A stretch of 64,000 bases of DNA, taken from the human T2T-CHM13v2.0 reference genome, Homo sapiens. Shown here piece after piece: positions 20,241-35,594 of the stretch (within the stretch, counting starts at the first letter, position 1; every line of letters begins with the position of its first letter). The notes beneath the pieces are model-generated. The model was not told the DNA's origin and did no database searches. It was given only the letters and a program-made list of their open reading frames with translations. The position numbers were made by a program, and so were the translations under genes. The stretch lies in assembly GCF_009914755.1 (NCBI RefSeq), contig NC_060927.1. One strand, given 5' to 3'.

Positions 20241-22349
20241 AATTTTAGAGGAATGTATCCTTAAGATAGCCTAACATAGAAAATGATATCACTTATTTCT
20301 TAACTGATACAAAAGTGATGATTAAGTCTAAAAATTCTTCTATATTCTACAGTGTTACATACCTAATCAATGTAAAACTTACAAAAGAAAAAATCAAATA
20401 AATATCAAATTTTGCTTTCACCAAGCAAGAGGAATAAATAAGAATCAAACTTATTAATATGTATGTGAAGGTCATTTAATATTTCCAGCACCACATAGTT
20501 GAATAAAAATTAGCGATGAACAGGGCAATTGCTTACTGAAAAAAACTTCAAATTATAAGAAGGACATATTTGAAATTAGGGAGCACATATATTTATTAGG
20601 GGGCAGAGAGAGGGAGAAATAGGGAGAAAAAATTCTTGTAAAATACATAACCCTGGAAGCTATATAACCCTGGAAAAAATAAATACTATAAGAGTGAAAT
20701 AACAGGACTACACAATAAAATTATATAAAATTACTTCACAACAGGAACACAGACAGTGTTTCCAATAGCTATGATTGTTATTGCAATTCTAATGTAGGGT
20801 TATTTATTTAAAAGTTCACAGCATTTTCAAAGATATAACAAATTATAGAAGGGTGATCATTCTTTACATCTCTCTTCCAGTGCATACTTAAATTTTTAGT
20901 GGTCCATACTGGAAAACAGATAGAATGCAATGGTGCTTTCTATGGTTGTATCTACATTAGGAAAAGGTTACTATTATAGTCAAACAAAAGTCATCACTTC
21001 TTTTCATAAGGAATTTGAATAAACGAGCCCTGAAGAATGGTTTCTGAGTGAACTTTATTGAAGATTAGTTTTCTAGTGATTCTTCCTTATTACCGGATCT
21101 CTCTAGTGTTTGCTCTTCTGACAGCTTTCCGTGTCTGAAATTTTGGAGAAAAAACTAATATATTCTCATTTCAAAATATCATAACTTTCTAACTCTCTCC
21201 TGTGGTTAAAACATATTATTCACTTAAGGTCAGCATTATGAATATAATCAAAAATATGAGATCTGGGGAGGATAATGTGAACCAACTATAAAAATACATC
21301 AAAGCAAAAATATGCATGTTTATCTCCTAGTAAATTCAGTTTTTATGACAAGATTGCCTCCAGAAATACCAGTATATTTTTCTTCCTTTAAGAAATCACT
21401 ACTGTTTCCATTATTTGTGGACATTCTATCATTTAACAAAAGCAATCACTAGGTATTTTTGCCTGGGAACAAATCTAATTTTAATGAATCGATGTTTTTG
21501 CCATTAACTTCAATAAAGTGGATATTTATACTTAAACAAGAATCATTCCAACAATAAGGTTACAGTGATCCTCTTATAACTCACCAGTATTTTATAGGCA
21601 CAAAAGTGTAAGCATAATTTAAACACACATTTTGCTAGTTATTATTGATAGATTTTCAATTAATATGGAGCATAAGACAATTTCACTGTACAATTATTAA
21701 TTCAATAAAGTTTAAACTGTATTTCATATGCATTTGCTCTAATTCAAATTATAGCATTCCAGGATAGCAGGTTAAAAATGAGGCTAAATCACGGTAATTA
21801 TGTTTTCATCTTTACTAATTTAAATTGACATTTAGTATGATGAATCTAAAAAGCAAAACATCAATAATAGAAACATTACAATTAAAAGAAATAAGCAACA
21901 TGCAAATTATTCCACTCAAAGACAAAAACTGAATGTATTGCATTCTGCATACCAACCTTGCTATCACTTTTAAACTCAAAATAATGTTCTGTGGCAAAGA
22001 AATTTACTTAAAATTGGCCAGATTACATCTACTCCATCAATGATAGATTCAAACTAACGTCTCTCCAAATTAGGATAACTTAGAGAAGTTTGCCAAAATC
22101 ATCCCCAGAAATCTCCTGGGGTATTGAATTCAGGAGATAATAAACAAACAACATAAATAACAAACAACATAATTACTGACCAAAAAAAAAAAAAAAAAAA
22201 AAAAATCAAGACAAGCCACAGAGCTAGAACAGAGTCTTAGAGGTTGCTGAAATTAACCATTTAATTGCTGAATAAAAGGGAGGCCCTCTCACAGAGGGAC
22301 AACATGGCTTGGAGTCAGTATTGAAATACTTCAATATTTTAACAATTAA

Positions 22350-22893
22350 TGCAATGTTTAATGTTTTGTCAACTTGATTGGATTGAAGGATGCAAAGTAT
22401 CATTCCTGGGTGTGTCTGTGAGGGTGTTGCCAAAGGAGATTAACATTTGATTCAGTGGACTGGGAGAGGCAGACTCACTATCAGTCTGGGTGGGCACCAT
22501 CTAATCAGTTGCCAGCACAGCTAGAATAAAGCAGGCAGAAGTTGGAACGACTAGACTCACTGAATCTTCCAGCCTCCATCTTTCTCCCATAGCGGATGCT
22601 TCTTGCCCTCGAACATCAGACTCTAAATTCTTCAGATTTTGGACTCTTGGACTTACACCAGTGATTTTCCAGTGGCTCTCGGGCCTTCAGTCACAGACCG
22701 AAGGCTGCACTGTCATCTTCTCTACTTTTGAGGTTTGGGGACTTGGACTGGCTTTCTTGCTCCTCAGCTTGCAGATGGCCTATTGTGGGACTTCATTTGG
22801 TGATCATGTGGGTCAATACTCCTTAATAAACTCCCCTTCATACATACATCTATTCTATTAGTTCTGTCCCTCTAGAGAACCCTGACTAATACA
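22350..22893 (+). mobile_element. MLT2A-type (HERV-L) solo LTR
   Basis: tg...tgtcaacttgattggattgaaggatgcaaagtat...ctagagaaccctgactaataca; 544 bp; near-perfect TSD atta(a/c). Confidence 0.88.
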
Positions 22894-24498
22894 ATTACTA
22901 AGGCTGAATAAGTGCATACAACCTGAATGTAAGTTCTGTCTCTAACACACCTTTGCTTTAAGGATGTGACTTCTCCAAACCTGAATCTATCAAATGTCTC
23001 CCCTCCCAGCGGTCTGTAGTGACAGATGCTAAAGAACATGAGTATTGCAGTTGAAAACTCCCAAGTTGTATCTCTGTAATATTCATGGGGTCTCTGGACA
23101 AGGGCTTTTTGCACTGCCCATTTTTAATTTCCTTCAGGACAGTGGTTTGTAGAGATTCTTCTTAAATTACTATATCTTGTATGTAACTTTATTTAATTCT
23201 CCAAAGTTTACATACTTCAATTAAGTATTGAGCTTATTTTCTCCACTATTACAGGAATTTGTGTCCTGTGTTTTGAATGTGTTCATACCACTGCATGGAT
23301 CTTCTGGAATGTGAATGACTTACCTAGACTATGAACAGTTTAGGGCTTCTTTTCTACCCCTATTCCCTTCCAAGAGTTTATTGATATCCTTCTTCCTTCT
23401 GTCAGGAAATACAGTTAAAGTGGTGAGAGGATAAAAACCAACTTCCTGACCATTCCATACTATATTATGGTGGTAATCTAATGAATTTGAATACTCTTAA
23501 GGAAGTACTGTAGGTAAAATAAATAAATAAATAAAATGCAGTTGACTTACTCTATTAGACAAATAGAGATAAAAGGCATTGGTCAAATAAATCTCCCAAT
23601 GTAACTGAGACTCTTATTCTACTATAATCATTGTTTCAAATGATCATTAATGGAGGAATGGTACTCTTGGAGAGATCATATGACATGAAATGACAATAAT
23701 CATTTCAAAGACACAGCAATCGGAGAAACCACCTTTTGTAAATATCTATAACTCACTGCCTATATTCAAGATCTCCTTAAGATACTTCAGAGTGCACTGT
23801 GAGAAAAACTGTGTTTTGTAAGAGTATTTTGTGTTTACCAGGACATAATTCTCACATCTTCATGAATAGCAAAAAGATCTTTTTATCACATCCTCTTAAA
23901 TGTAGTATTTTTCTGGAACTAGGGAACCGCTAGTGAATTCCAATATAGTCTTTCCTCCAATGTTTATCTAACCTTTAAATTTATGGCCCTTATCCATAAC
24001 ATTCTTTACTCCTCCAACTGTGAAGCCACAGTCATTGTAGTCCAAATTTGATTTCTATTCTACTTCATGCCACTGTGTAAAATCACCACTAAATCCTCCT
24101 GACTTGATGTACTATGGTGATGTTACTGAAAGCTACAAAGGTCAGTTATAATTTGGCTCCTATTTTCTAATAGTCCCTGAAACATTGTTTCCTAACCCAG
24201 TCTCAAAACTTTGAAGCTAGATACACGTTTTAAGACAGTGCACATGGGCCTGTCTTTTATTCCCTCAGTTTTTATTAGCTTTTCTTAATTAGAGCTTATA
24301 TGGCTCATTATTCCGTGTTTGAACAACCAAAACCGTTGGTCCTTTTTACTAAAAACTTCTGTTTTCTTTTTATTATGAGCTGTATTTCCTACTAATAATT
24401 TAATAATTCAAGCTTTTTCCTCTCCTTTATAAACCTACATATTATTATTCCTTCCTAATCCTAAAAATGTCTTACTAGTCTCCCCTTTTGCAAGCCTT

Positions 24499-25021
24499 GC
24501 TATTTCAGTTACCTATTGCTGTGTAACAAAGAATTTCGTTACTTTACACATTAATGGCTTAAAACAACAATCATTTTATTATGGTTTGTAATACTTGGGG
24601 TCCAGGAATTTAAGCATATAGTGACTGGATTATTCCACAGATTTACATGGTATTGACTAGTTAGTTACCTGATGTATTAAGATGAGCTGGTGTTTGATGG
24701 GGATGGCTAAAACACTGGTATCAAGTGGGCCTGTGTCCATCCACATGTAGTCTCAGACCCCTTCCAAGTTGTCTCTCCATCTGGGCAGCAGGACTTCTTA
24801 GGTGGTGGCTCAGAACTTCAGGAGGAAGTGTTAAGAAGACACAGGAAGTGTGGAAGCTGTCCATCTCTCATGACTTGGGACCAGAAACTGACAGATCATC
24901 ACTTCCAGCATGTTCAAAGCAGTGTCAAAGCCTGCCAGCTTAAAGGAAAGAAAATATTCATCCAACCTCTTCACTGGAGTAGTATATTAAAAAAAATTAT
25001 AGCCATCTAGAATCTACCACA
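24499..25021 (-). mobile_element. Old MLT1-family MaLR LTR
   Basis: cagttacctattgctgtgtaacaaa...ggcttaaaacaacaatcattttatt...aatctaccaca. Confidence 0.6.
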
Positions 25022-26491
25022 CAGGTATTGTTTCTGAATGAATACCTACTCAGTCATTACTCAGGTAATATTCGGTGTTTGTAAAATCAGGCCAAAATTG
25101 GAGCACCAGGAAGCAAGATCGCCAGACCTAGTACTTTCAAAAGTGATGCCTAGTCCTTTCATAAGTTTTTCACCACCATCCCCACACCCTAAGTAAAATA
25201 TTACTGGATTTTTAAGGGCATCATTAATGGTTCATATTTGGCATATGTAAGTCAAGGAGATTCCAAGAAAATCATGTTGACACATGACAAAATATAATCG
25301 ATTTTATAGCAGCAATGTGTTAGAGTGTCTTAAAGAGCATATCTCCTATGAGGGGTACTTTCTCAATCCCATTTTTCCATCTTTTTATAGACCACATAGA
25401 AAGAGACTTTCAGAACTGGTATGGCTTTTTCTAGAGGCCATTCCATAACTTATTAGTGATAGCAACAACCTGGCCCACAAATCTAAGACCTGCATTTTGA
25501 TCACTAGGTCTCTCAAAAATAGCCACCAATTGAGGAAGAGTAAGTCACCATCCTTGAAGACCCAAAAGAGGGATATACTCCTCCCACTTTGAAGATGTAA
25601 GTAAATATCACTCCCATAGGGGAAAAAGAAAACAAATTTCTTCTTTCCCTGAGCTTTCCAATATTTTGTCCTCCTTTCCCCAAAACATCTGCCTGAATGG
25701 CTCCCACCTGCATCTATCTGAAGGGAGCAGTAGAAAAGGTTCTTAACCTATCATGCTCATTGACTGTTCTTTTGGCATCTCTATTCCTTGAAAATTAGGC
25801 TGTTGTTCATTTCCTTCTGTAAACTGTCTAAAATGAGATAGGCAAAATCCAGAAAACTTTGCCATGTGTCTTTATCTTCCTATCCTTTCCCTTTACTTTC
25901 TTTTCATTCCTACAAGCTGTTCCTCAACAGTTCATCTGGGCAATTATAGTTCATCCATGGAACTTCTATATGCAACCACAGCTCTTGTGCCAAAGAATAT
26001 TTCAGTGGTTTAACACATACAGATTTGTTTATCACTTAAAGTGTCTTTCCCAATCTGTCACTCAGTGATCCAAGCTAAAACAAACTCTACAACTTTATAG
26101 CTCTAGAATTTGAAATAGGTAGATTCCTTGGTTGTTGCAATGGAGGAAAGGTACTCTTGGAGATATTACACTTTGTGTGGGCCAGATGTGATATTTTTAA
26201 CTTCCACTACAGTCCATAGTCTAGAACGAGTTCATGGCCCTGATTCCTGATGACTGAAGGGTGAGTAGAAAATGCAGTTTCTCTGAGTCAAGAAGAAAAG
26301 GAAAACTGGATACAGTTGAGCATTCAGAATACCAACCACGAGTTATGTGACAAAAAATTTATTCTTTTAATCTTGACAGCAAATTTGGAGATAAAGTCAA
26401 AATTTGAGGCAGTCTATGAATACAAGGATTCATATAGCTTCCTTGGCTATAATTTTAGGCCCTAGGAACTGGTGACAAAAATGAAAAATTC

Positions 26492-26861
26492 TGTTATTGA
26501 TTCAATGATTGTGCACCCACTGAAAATGTACATATTGAAACCGAATCCCCAATGTGATGGTAAGGCCTTTGAAGAGGGCCTTTGGAAGGTGATTAGGTTA
26601 TGAGGGTGGAGCCCTCATTATCAGAATTAGTGCCCTCATAAAAAGCACCCCAAAGAACTTCTTTTCCCTTTCTGCAATGTGAGGACCCAAAAACAAGACA
26701 GCCATCTATGAATCAAGAAGCAAACCCTCACCCAAACCCCACATCTGTGTACCTTAATTTTGAACTTCCTAGCCTCCAGAACTGTGAGAAATAAACTTCT
26801 GTTATGTGTGAGCCACACATTCCATGGTAACTTGTAATAGCAGCCCAACTGGACTAAGACA
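26492..26861 (+). mobile_element. MLT1A-type MaLR solo LTR
   Basis: ggtgattaggttatgagggtggagccctc...cctagcctccagaactgtgagaaataaa...atagcagcccaactggactaagaca. Confidence 0.8.
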
Positions 26862-28869
26862 AATGGATTATTTTTAAGCAATGTAAAAATAAATAACTTC
26901 TATCTGTATAACATTTCATTTAGGGATTTTTTTTAATCAAAGCATCAGAAATTTATTAAATAATTATAAAAAAACTAGATGTCATTGTTTTAAAACATCT
27001 TTATCATAATACCACAATGACTTCCCTATTTTATTTAGAGCATTGCTTAAATGTCACCTCCTTAGAAGCTAAACTTTTTGTGATAAATCTTTTGAAAGCT
27101 ACATTTGTATTGCACTTCTTTATCTATTCCTTATGCCTTCACACTACGTTGTGTAATGTGGTCATATTATATATTGATGATACTTTCCAAAGAAACAGTA
27201 CATTATACATATGTGCTATACCTGCTTACTGTTTGTCTTTTTACCCAGAATGTAAGTTCACTGAGGGAAGACACTTCTCTTTCATTCTAATCAACTAGAA
27301 CAATATCTGAGAAATAGGCAACCAAAATATATTTTGTTGAGTGAAAACAACTTCAGAAGAATCAGTCTACTACAAAATAGCTTCCATGCCAGCCTTTCAT
27401 TAAAACTATATTCTCAATGATATATGGCAATCTGCTTTATAAATCAGGAGACAACCAATCATCAAAAGAAGAGAGACTTCCTCTTGGTTCTACGCCTACT
27501 TCTTGTCTTTGCAAAAAAATAAACCACTTTCTTCTTTAAATCTCTTATCTCTTTGATCCTGTGATGTAATTTCTCTCCCTTTAAATTATTTTTACTCTCT
27601 TCTTGAGAATTTTTAATGTCTTCTCTTCCTCTTCTTGGTAAGTCATAAACGATCAGCTAAATTGTCTTTCATTAATAATCTCCTCAATAATTATGCTTCA
27701 TTTAATTTCTTTGGCTTGCATTACTCTAAGATCCAAGATTGATGGGTCTAAACTGATGATCATTCCAAAACTACTTATTATACTTATGGATTTAAAGGCC
27801 TTTCATTTAAACTCAATATATCCAACTTAAAATTTGGGGACTTCCAGATCAAATGGCAGACTGAGAAGACATGAGAAATAGTACTACGAGCACACATATC
27901 AAACACATACACTACATATTTACCTGCTTCACACTCACACATTCCAGTACTATAAATCTTATAAATTAGCAGGTAGAAGAATTTTAATAATACCTGCTTG
28001 AGTTTGAAAGCAAAAAAAAAAAAAATCTACCCATCTCAGGAATGAATGAAGATATTCCTTACCCAATGCAACTGGAAGCTGAAGCTGTATAGCTCAAAGG
28101 TATACCAGAATAGGAAATATGCTTCAAAGCCTAGAGTCTCAATGTATTGTTTAATGTAGTGAAAATGTAGTTCTCCATGTAAAACCAAGAACCTGGGTAA
28201 TCCTATTATACCTCTGAAAATCTTCATGCCTATGGTCTTAGTACTAAAAGGAATGTGAGACCAAAAAAAAAAAAAAAAAAAAAAAAAAAGAAAGAAAATC
28301 ATTGAGGCATATAGAGCGAAAGCACAAAATCAGAAACCTGAGGAAACACCAGGTTCAAAGATATTTAAAAAAAAGACAGCATACATCAAATAATTGAATA
28401 TCATTACAGAAAACAAAACGTGTCAGATAAAATTTATAGGTTGTCCACTAATAAAAGACATCATTTAAGAGGGAAGTACAAATAGTTACTAACCATGAGG
28501 AAAGCAACACAGGAATAGGAGCAATAGATGAGAAGAAACTCTGGAAGCTAGACATAAGACTCATAGATTTTTCAGAGGAAAAGAATAGAAGGGGTAAATG
28601 GAAGTAAAAGTTTTCAAAAATGATAACAGAGCTTTCCAGAATAAAAAATACATGGTTCTCATACAGAAAAAGCACTAACATTCAAAATAGGATAAAACAA
28701 TCTAAAATTTACTTTAATAGTTGAGTGTGGTAACAAAAATATTATTTTTTTCATTAATAGGAAGAAATACATTTTCAAATTTAATGTTATTAGTGGTCAA
28801 AATTCTACATAGTATTATTAAGAACTATATAAAACTAATAATTATATTTGATTAGCCTATCTAATAGTT

Positions 28870-29110
28870 TAGCTCTCCACTTCTGGTGTCTACAATGGAT
28901 TCACATCTCCACTCCATCATTTACCAATTGTGTAACTGTGAGATTACCATTTAAACTTTCACAGCCTCGGTTATATCAACTGTAAAATGGGGATATTCAT
29001 AGTATCTGCCTAATAAAGATACTATACAGATAAAATTATATGATATAAAATTAAATTATGTAATATCTACAGCATAGTATCATGGATAAGATAGGTTCAT
29101 AAGAAATATT
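28870..29110 (+). mobile_element. MIR SINE remnant
   Basis: Core gcctcggttatatcaactgtaaaatggggatattcatagtatctgcct. Confidence 0.6.
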
Positions 29111-31049
29111 AACTCATATTAAGATGAGATATTGAATTTTATCTATAAGAAATAAAGTATATTTTTCACCAGCCAATAACCTATGAATTATGTATAAAAT
29201 ATAGTATTTATAGCTGTTTCAAATTGGCTTTTTAATAATCAGGGTGGCTAGGTAATGCATCATCCAATAATAAGTATATAAAGTATTCAAATTGGGACCT
29301 TTTGAGAACAAAGGGAAGCTTTATTAATGATTATACCAGTTCAATCTTAACATAATCCTGCACTTTCCAAAGTAAAGCAAGTTGTGTGATCATTCAATCC
29401 ATAATGTAATTGGTTTTCACTCATGAATTTTGCACAGCTAAATTGAATCATGTAATCACATAGAAATTGGTACCTCTGAAACATATGAGCACACAGGTAC
29501 CGTATATGAATCTTCCACTAAATTGAAGTCAATAAAGAGATAAAAATTTATATTCTTTTTGCATCCAAAATATATAATGCTATGGCTGCATATTTCCAGT
29601 CTTGCTAAAATTATAGGATTCTTTAACATAATGAAAATACTTTTCACAAATGCATAGTGTTATTATTTATCATTTGAGAACCATCCCTATATCTCAGACT
29701 CATTCATTGTTTAGTGTTAATTTGGAAGAAATATCAGATGCAGCAGAGGGTGAATTGAAAACTTCTTGAAAAAAAGTTACCATCTAATTGAAATGGAACC
29801 ACTCAACATCTTTTTCAATAGAAGTAATCACTGAGAATGTGCCTTTTTAAATGATATCAAACTCCTCAAACTTGAAATGTTAAACAAAATCCTGATATTT
29901 TATGGTGATGAGTTTTTAAAGAAATTTTGGACAATAACTGCTAAATGGATTCATTTTCTCACAATAAAGATATGACATTTATTTTCAAAAAATTCTAAGT
30001 GAAACAAATTTAACAATGTATTTTGCTCCTTAATAATACAAATAAAGATTTGTAAACCTTGGCAAATCAATGAAAACAATTTAACTGGATTAGTTTTACT
30101 AAAAATCAACTTTGGCTCTAGACACTGACTTTTACTATAATCAAGTTAATTAAATTGATATATTGTTGCTTTTTGCTTTCTTAATAATTAGCAAAGCACA
30201 GCATTAGGGAATGCATTTTAAAAATTATTTTAATATTTATAAGTGTTAAAGCAATCATATAATAATTGAATTATCTAATTTATTTGACAAATATGCAGTT
30301 ATCTTCTAAAACTTAAAGAAATTGCAATATGATGCATGCCTTTCTTCTACATTGAAGCAAATGAGTTTTTAACAGTATGGGATTAATGGAATTACTTGTC
30401 CATAGAAGAGTGGGTCAGAATGAACTCATATGACACTAAAATTTCAAATGTATACATATGTATATGGAAGGACAACTGTTTTTCTCTATCAGAAAGTACT
30501 AATACTAAAATGTACTAAATGAATTAATCTGTCAGCATGTCAAGCATCAAAATTTTTATATGTAAACTGATAGAATGAAGGGGGTTGGGTAAAGTAGGTC
30601 TCTTAGAAGCAAGGCTAATATTGTGTGTTAATCTAATATTAGAGAGGCTAATGTGCTATCAGTCCGAAAGTACCAGGTTTTGAGAATAAAGTTGCTTCAT
30701 GCCCATTTAGTGGCTAGTGAGTAGAACTTAACAGTGCAGAAGAGCCCCTTGTGAATCCCTCAATCAACGCAAACTGTATATGATAACTTGAAATTAAAAT
30801 CAACTTTTATTTTGCAAAACATATTACTTTCTGTATAACTAGTCAGCTGGCATTAATAGTTTTAGTTGTTCTTTATAATGGAATGTTCTTCCTTGCTATT
30901 CAATGTTAGAGGCATAATAAGAGTTTCCTCAGGTCATTTACAGTTAGGATCCCATTTGAAATACTCATACTTAATTAGGGAATTCAAAAATTAAGGAAGG
31001 GGATGGAAGAAAGAAAATGCTGGAAAGGACAATCTTAATGCAACAGGAA

Positions 31050-31457
31050 CTGGGCACATGCTTATCAAATGCATTTTGTATTCTTTCTGGACGCAACTAG
31101 AGTGCATTTCACACCCTCCTTTGCAATTAAATGTAGCTAAAGGCTAAGTTCTAATCAAGAAAATACGAGTGGAAGTAATGGATACCACTTACACACAGTA
31201 TTCTGTGTGCTTTGCATTTCCAGCAGCTTTATACAGGTTAGCAGTGACCTTGTATCCATGCATTGAAAATGACATAACCACAAGATAGAAAATGACTGAG
31301 TTCTTGGGTCATGACTTGAAAGAGAGCCACAGCCCAAGTAAGAACACTCATTTTGGACTTCACAAGAATAATAAATTAACTTCCACTATGATCTTCAAAC
31401 CATTGTGTAGATTCAGGTTTGTTTAGTACTGCAGCAAGTGGTGCCCTAACTTATACA
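31050..31457 (+). mobile_element. Old MLT1 (J/I-like) LTR remnant
   Basis: catttcacaccctcctttgcaatta...gagtggaagtaatg...ccctaacttataca. Confidence 0.5.
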
Positions 31458-34400
31458 AAGGTTGTTTATAGAAGTTGAGTACTTTATTCAATTTTTTTTA
31501 GTCTTCCTCCTCTTTGAAAATAGGTTATTGGGTCTGATCATTAGGTAGTTATGCATGAACTGTAAGAAAGAAATTTTAGCAAAGTATTAAGGATGAATCA
31601 TAAAAAAGCGTTGAGGAATTAAATGTTGGTGTCAAGTGGTGGGGGGCTTTCTTCCAAAGCGTTCTGTAGCCTAGAAACATAACTGAGATCTGAAGCAGAC
31701 AGCAAGGCAAAAATAAAAAGTTTATCTTAGCTTTTAAGATTCAAAGTAGCTTAAAAGTCTATATAAATATAGACTATGGAAATAGAGAAATATATAGATA
31801 AAGTAAATATTATAGTTTTACTAAAACTATAACTGATTAACTTGGGATATATGATATATGGGAAAGAAGGACAAAATGGATGAAACAATGAGTCGGATAA
31901 TGAAAAAGTGGTAGATTTCAGATAATTAGTAGCAGTATCAAATATGGAAAAGACAAACAAAGGAAGTAAAGGTGAATAGATATATATGCACATATGTACA
32001 TACAAATACATATACTATATATATTCACACCTACATATAATGTAGGAAGTAATGTGCTGTGAGTTATATTCTTGAAGATATATGAAGACTAGACAATAAG
32101 GACTATAGAAGAAATAGAATAGGGAAGCCTCAATATATTTGATGACCTAAATGATATCATGAAACAATTTTGCAATGGATATTTCCAGGTTAAAAAAAGT
32201 AGCTAAGTTATCAAGGTTTTCTTTTTAAAAAATACATTCTTGAGTATATGATTAGTCTTCTGCCAAATACTATACACATTATATCATCAGAAGAAAACAG
32301 CCATCAAAAATGGCAGATTATATAGTATAGAATTTATGTCAAATTTATCTCACTGTATTCTAACTCTAAAAATTCATGATGTAAGTATGTATTGTACTGT
32401 CTCTCTAAGATGACCAAAATAATTCCAATTTTCTATTCTATGTAAACAAGATTTTAACTCTGTATTAAAATGCAGAACGACGTGATTCAATAGCCTCTGA
32501 AAATGTCAATTATTTTAGAACAAGCTTGAGAAACTTAGAATTGCCTCAAGGACTTTAAAATTGTAGACATATTCTGGGAAACCCACTTGAAAATCCTTCA
32601 TTTAAAATTGTTCATGTCTTTAAGATCAAGACTAATTCACCTAGACAGTAAAATTGAATGGATAGCTTTCAAGAATTAGATCAAATACCTTAAAGTTTAC
32701 ACCATAACTTAAGGCCAATATTTTCATTAAAATGTTCATAAACTCACATTTTGTTGTTTCCTATTTTTTTGTCTATATAATTGTTTGGGAAATTGGGCTT
32801 TTCTTACATAAAACCTCTATAACCATGCCATTAATCATTATGTATGCCCTCCACAAAATATTCATATAGTTTATTTTTACTAGAATTTTTCACTAACTTC
32901 GTAAACCTCTCAAAATAATCTAGAAACTCAGTTACCTCATTAGAGTATAAAATACATATATGGAACAAAATATAGAATTTGTCATGCAGATTATGTTTTA
33001 TCACACAAGTTCTTTTACTAAGAAAGTGCAATTCCTTTCTAGTTATTTTTCTCAAACTTCAGGGAAATAGCAAATTTTTCCTCAGCTATCTCTGAGGCAT
33101 ATAGCCTCTTATTCATCTACATAAAAATGACGTTATAAAGATATTAAATAATAATCCCAATTTCTTAGATATGAATATGGTTTTTGAGTGTCTGGATTTT
33201 TATTCAGTTATAGCTGCATATTGGAAAATGTTTTAAAAGGGAACACATTTTGAATGCGTATATGAATCTGAGCAGCAGTATCTCAGAATGGAATGTTTTT
33301 CCCTAGAGAAATATGTTAGGAATACGCTTCTTCCAAATTTTTCTCTTTGATTATATAGAGTTTTTCTCTCCAAAATATTGGTTTTCTCTTATCTAACCAA
33401 TAGAATGGTCTGCCTTTTTTCTCAAACGAATGGCACAGAGATGTGAAAAATGAGAGATAGTATGTGGTATAGTTATATTAGAAGGCGACCCAGGAAACGC
33501 CTTAGCAACTGTCCTAAACACATTCCAAACAAAGCCTCATAACCCACCATTAATTGCAATAAAAGTAGTTGCCCTCTATCCTAAACAGTGAAGAGACTAT
33601 TGAAATATAGCCTAAGTAGTTGAATAGGAATATTTTCTAGGCTAATATGCCAGAGGGGAAAAGTAAAGAATTCTTAATGGTTTTACATAGAGCTCTGTGT
33701 GAATACAGCTACCACATTATCCTGTTTAGCACAGACAAGACAGATGGGAAAACTTCTTTACAAAAATCTTACATCACTGAGACTATTTTCTGCTCTTTGT
33801 GCACATTTTATACATATAAACTATTATGTAAATTTAACATCGACAACCTTATATGTTATCACAAAACAGGCAAAGTTTATTATGAACAGTTCCTAGCTTT
33901 TAGAATAAGCAGACATAAATCCTGTTTTTTGGCACTTGATAATTATGTAACTTATCTTCAGTTTCTTTACTGATAAGTTGCAATATTCATATAAATAAGA
34001 TTTAAATGAAACATTTAATTTGATAAAATATGTTAGTTGCAGGTATTTTCAAAGGTTCCACATATTAGACAATTTACTCCAATTCCTTCACTGGATGAAG
34101 AAGAAAGAAATTACTAATAACATTGTGTAAGTGTCTTTATTTGAATGACAAGAACCTTTAAGAAGGTAAGAACTTCTTATATTATAACTTAATTTACTAT
34201 TAATTCTAATTTATTCTCTTACATGAGCTAAGCAGATAGCTAGAAAATGCATGTGTCTGTGTATACGAAAACATTTTCCTTTACCAAAGACCCCTACTAT
34301 TTTTATTTAATGATTTCCAGGAAGATTTTCAAAATGCATTCTAAAACTTCTAACACGTTTTGTATTTATTTTCTTCAACATTAATTAATCTAACATTCAT

Positions 34401-35594
34401 TAGAGTCAATAATGGGATTGATAGTTTCTCCTTTCCATTTATCCAATTGAATGTCTAGTGTACTTAAATCAACATCTATTCCTAAAAAGGAAGAGAAACA
34501 TAAAAGTGCTTATCTGGATACTTCAGTCCCAGAAGAATTTGACTAAAATATTCAATGCTGTGTCCTATTTGTTGTTGTTGTTGTTTGGTTTTCTTTTCTG
34601 TCTTTTCTGTCTTCTTAGCAGTCAGTGTCCACATGGAGCACACACCTGTGGATACAGCAATATCCAGTATTCAGACAACTCTGTTTAAGTAGGATGGTAA
34701 AGGCAGCCTTATACGCATCAACCTCGTGGTTTATAATTTAAGTATGTAAGTACAATTTAAATTAAGTATTTAAGTACAATTTAAGTACATTCGCTAGAAC
34801 CAAGAGCTATGAAGTTAGCTATGAGTCCAAAACTCCTGGGTGGCTGCCAAAATCGACCTCCATGCCACCCTGTGGATTCATCTCTAGCCATATCCACTAC
34901 GTGTTTTGTTCAAAGTGAGCTCTAGCCCCTAGCTCGGCATCCCAACAGCAGCACTCCCAACTCTCTTTATCATATCATTCATCTTATGAATTATAATGTT
35001 ATCCTGCTTCCCTACCCTATTGACAATCTGGTTATTCCACCTGGTAGTCAGATCACTTTCCAAATAGAGGGTCAAGGTACTCACAACTATTTGCCATTAG
35101 TCTTCCTCCCTAGGTGTTTCTGTTTTGTCTTTAAATCCCGCCTTCTGCCTAAAAGTCTATCCGAAATCACTTTCTCTCCATACATTGATTCGAGTGATGA
35201 TCAACAGAGGACTTGCCTCCACTCTTCTCTGCCTCATTTTAGGTTATCCATTCCATTTCTAGGGATAGCTCTTTGTATTCCGTGCCTTAGGTGTTCTGCT
35301 TCATCTGTCATGCCTGTACTTCTGCTGTTGGCTTTTTATCTCCTTATTTTCTAATGCTGCTAATGATCTACCATAGCTGTGCCACCTTCTTTTGCTTTAA
35401 CTCCAAGAAAAATTCTGTCTGATTTGCAATATGTGTTTGCATTTATCTTGATTTATGTTTACATTGCAATCAAGTCTTTACTTAACATTCTGAATTATGT
35501 TCCTGAAGAATGTATATCAGAATAAAATACATAGCCCTAAAAAATATTGTAACCCAGTTTCCTACATTTATAGAAAGGGTAATACTATCTTTAA

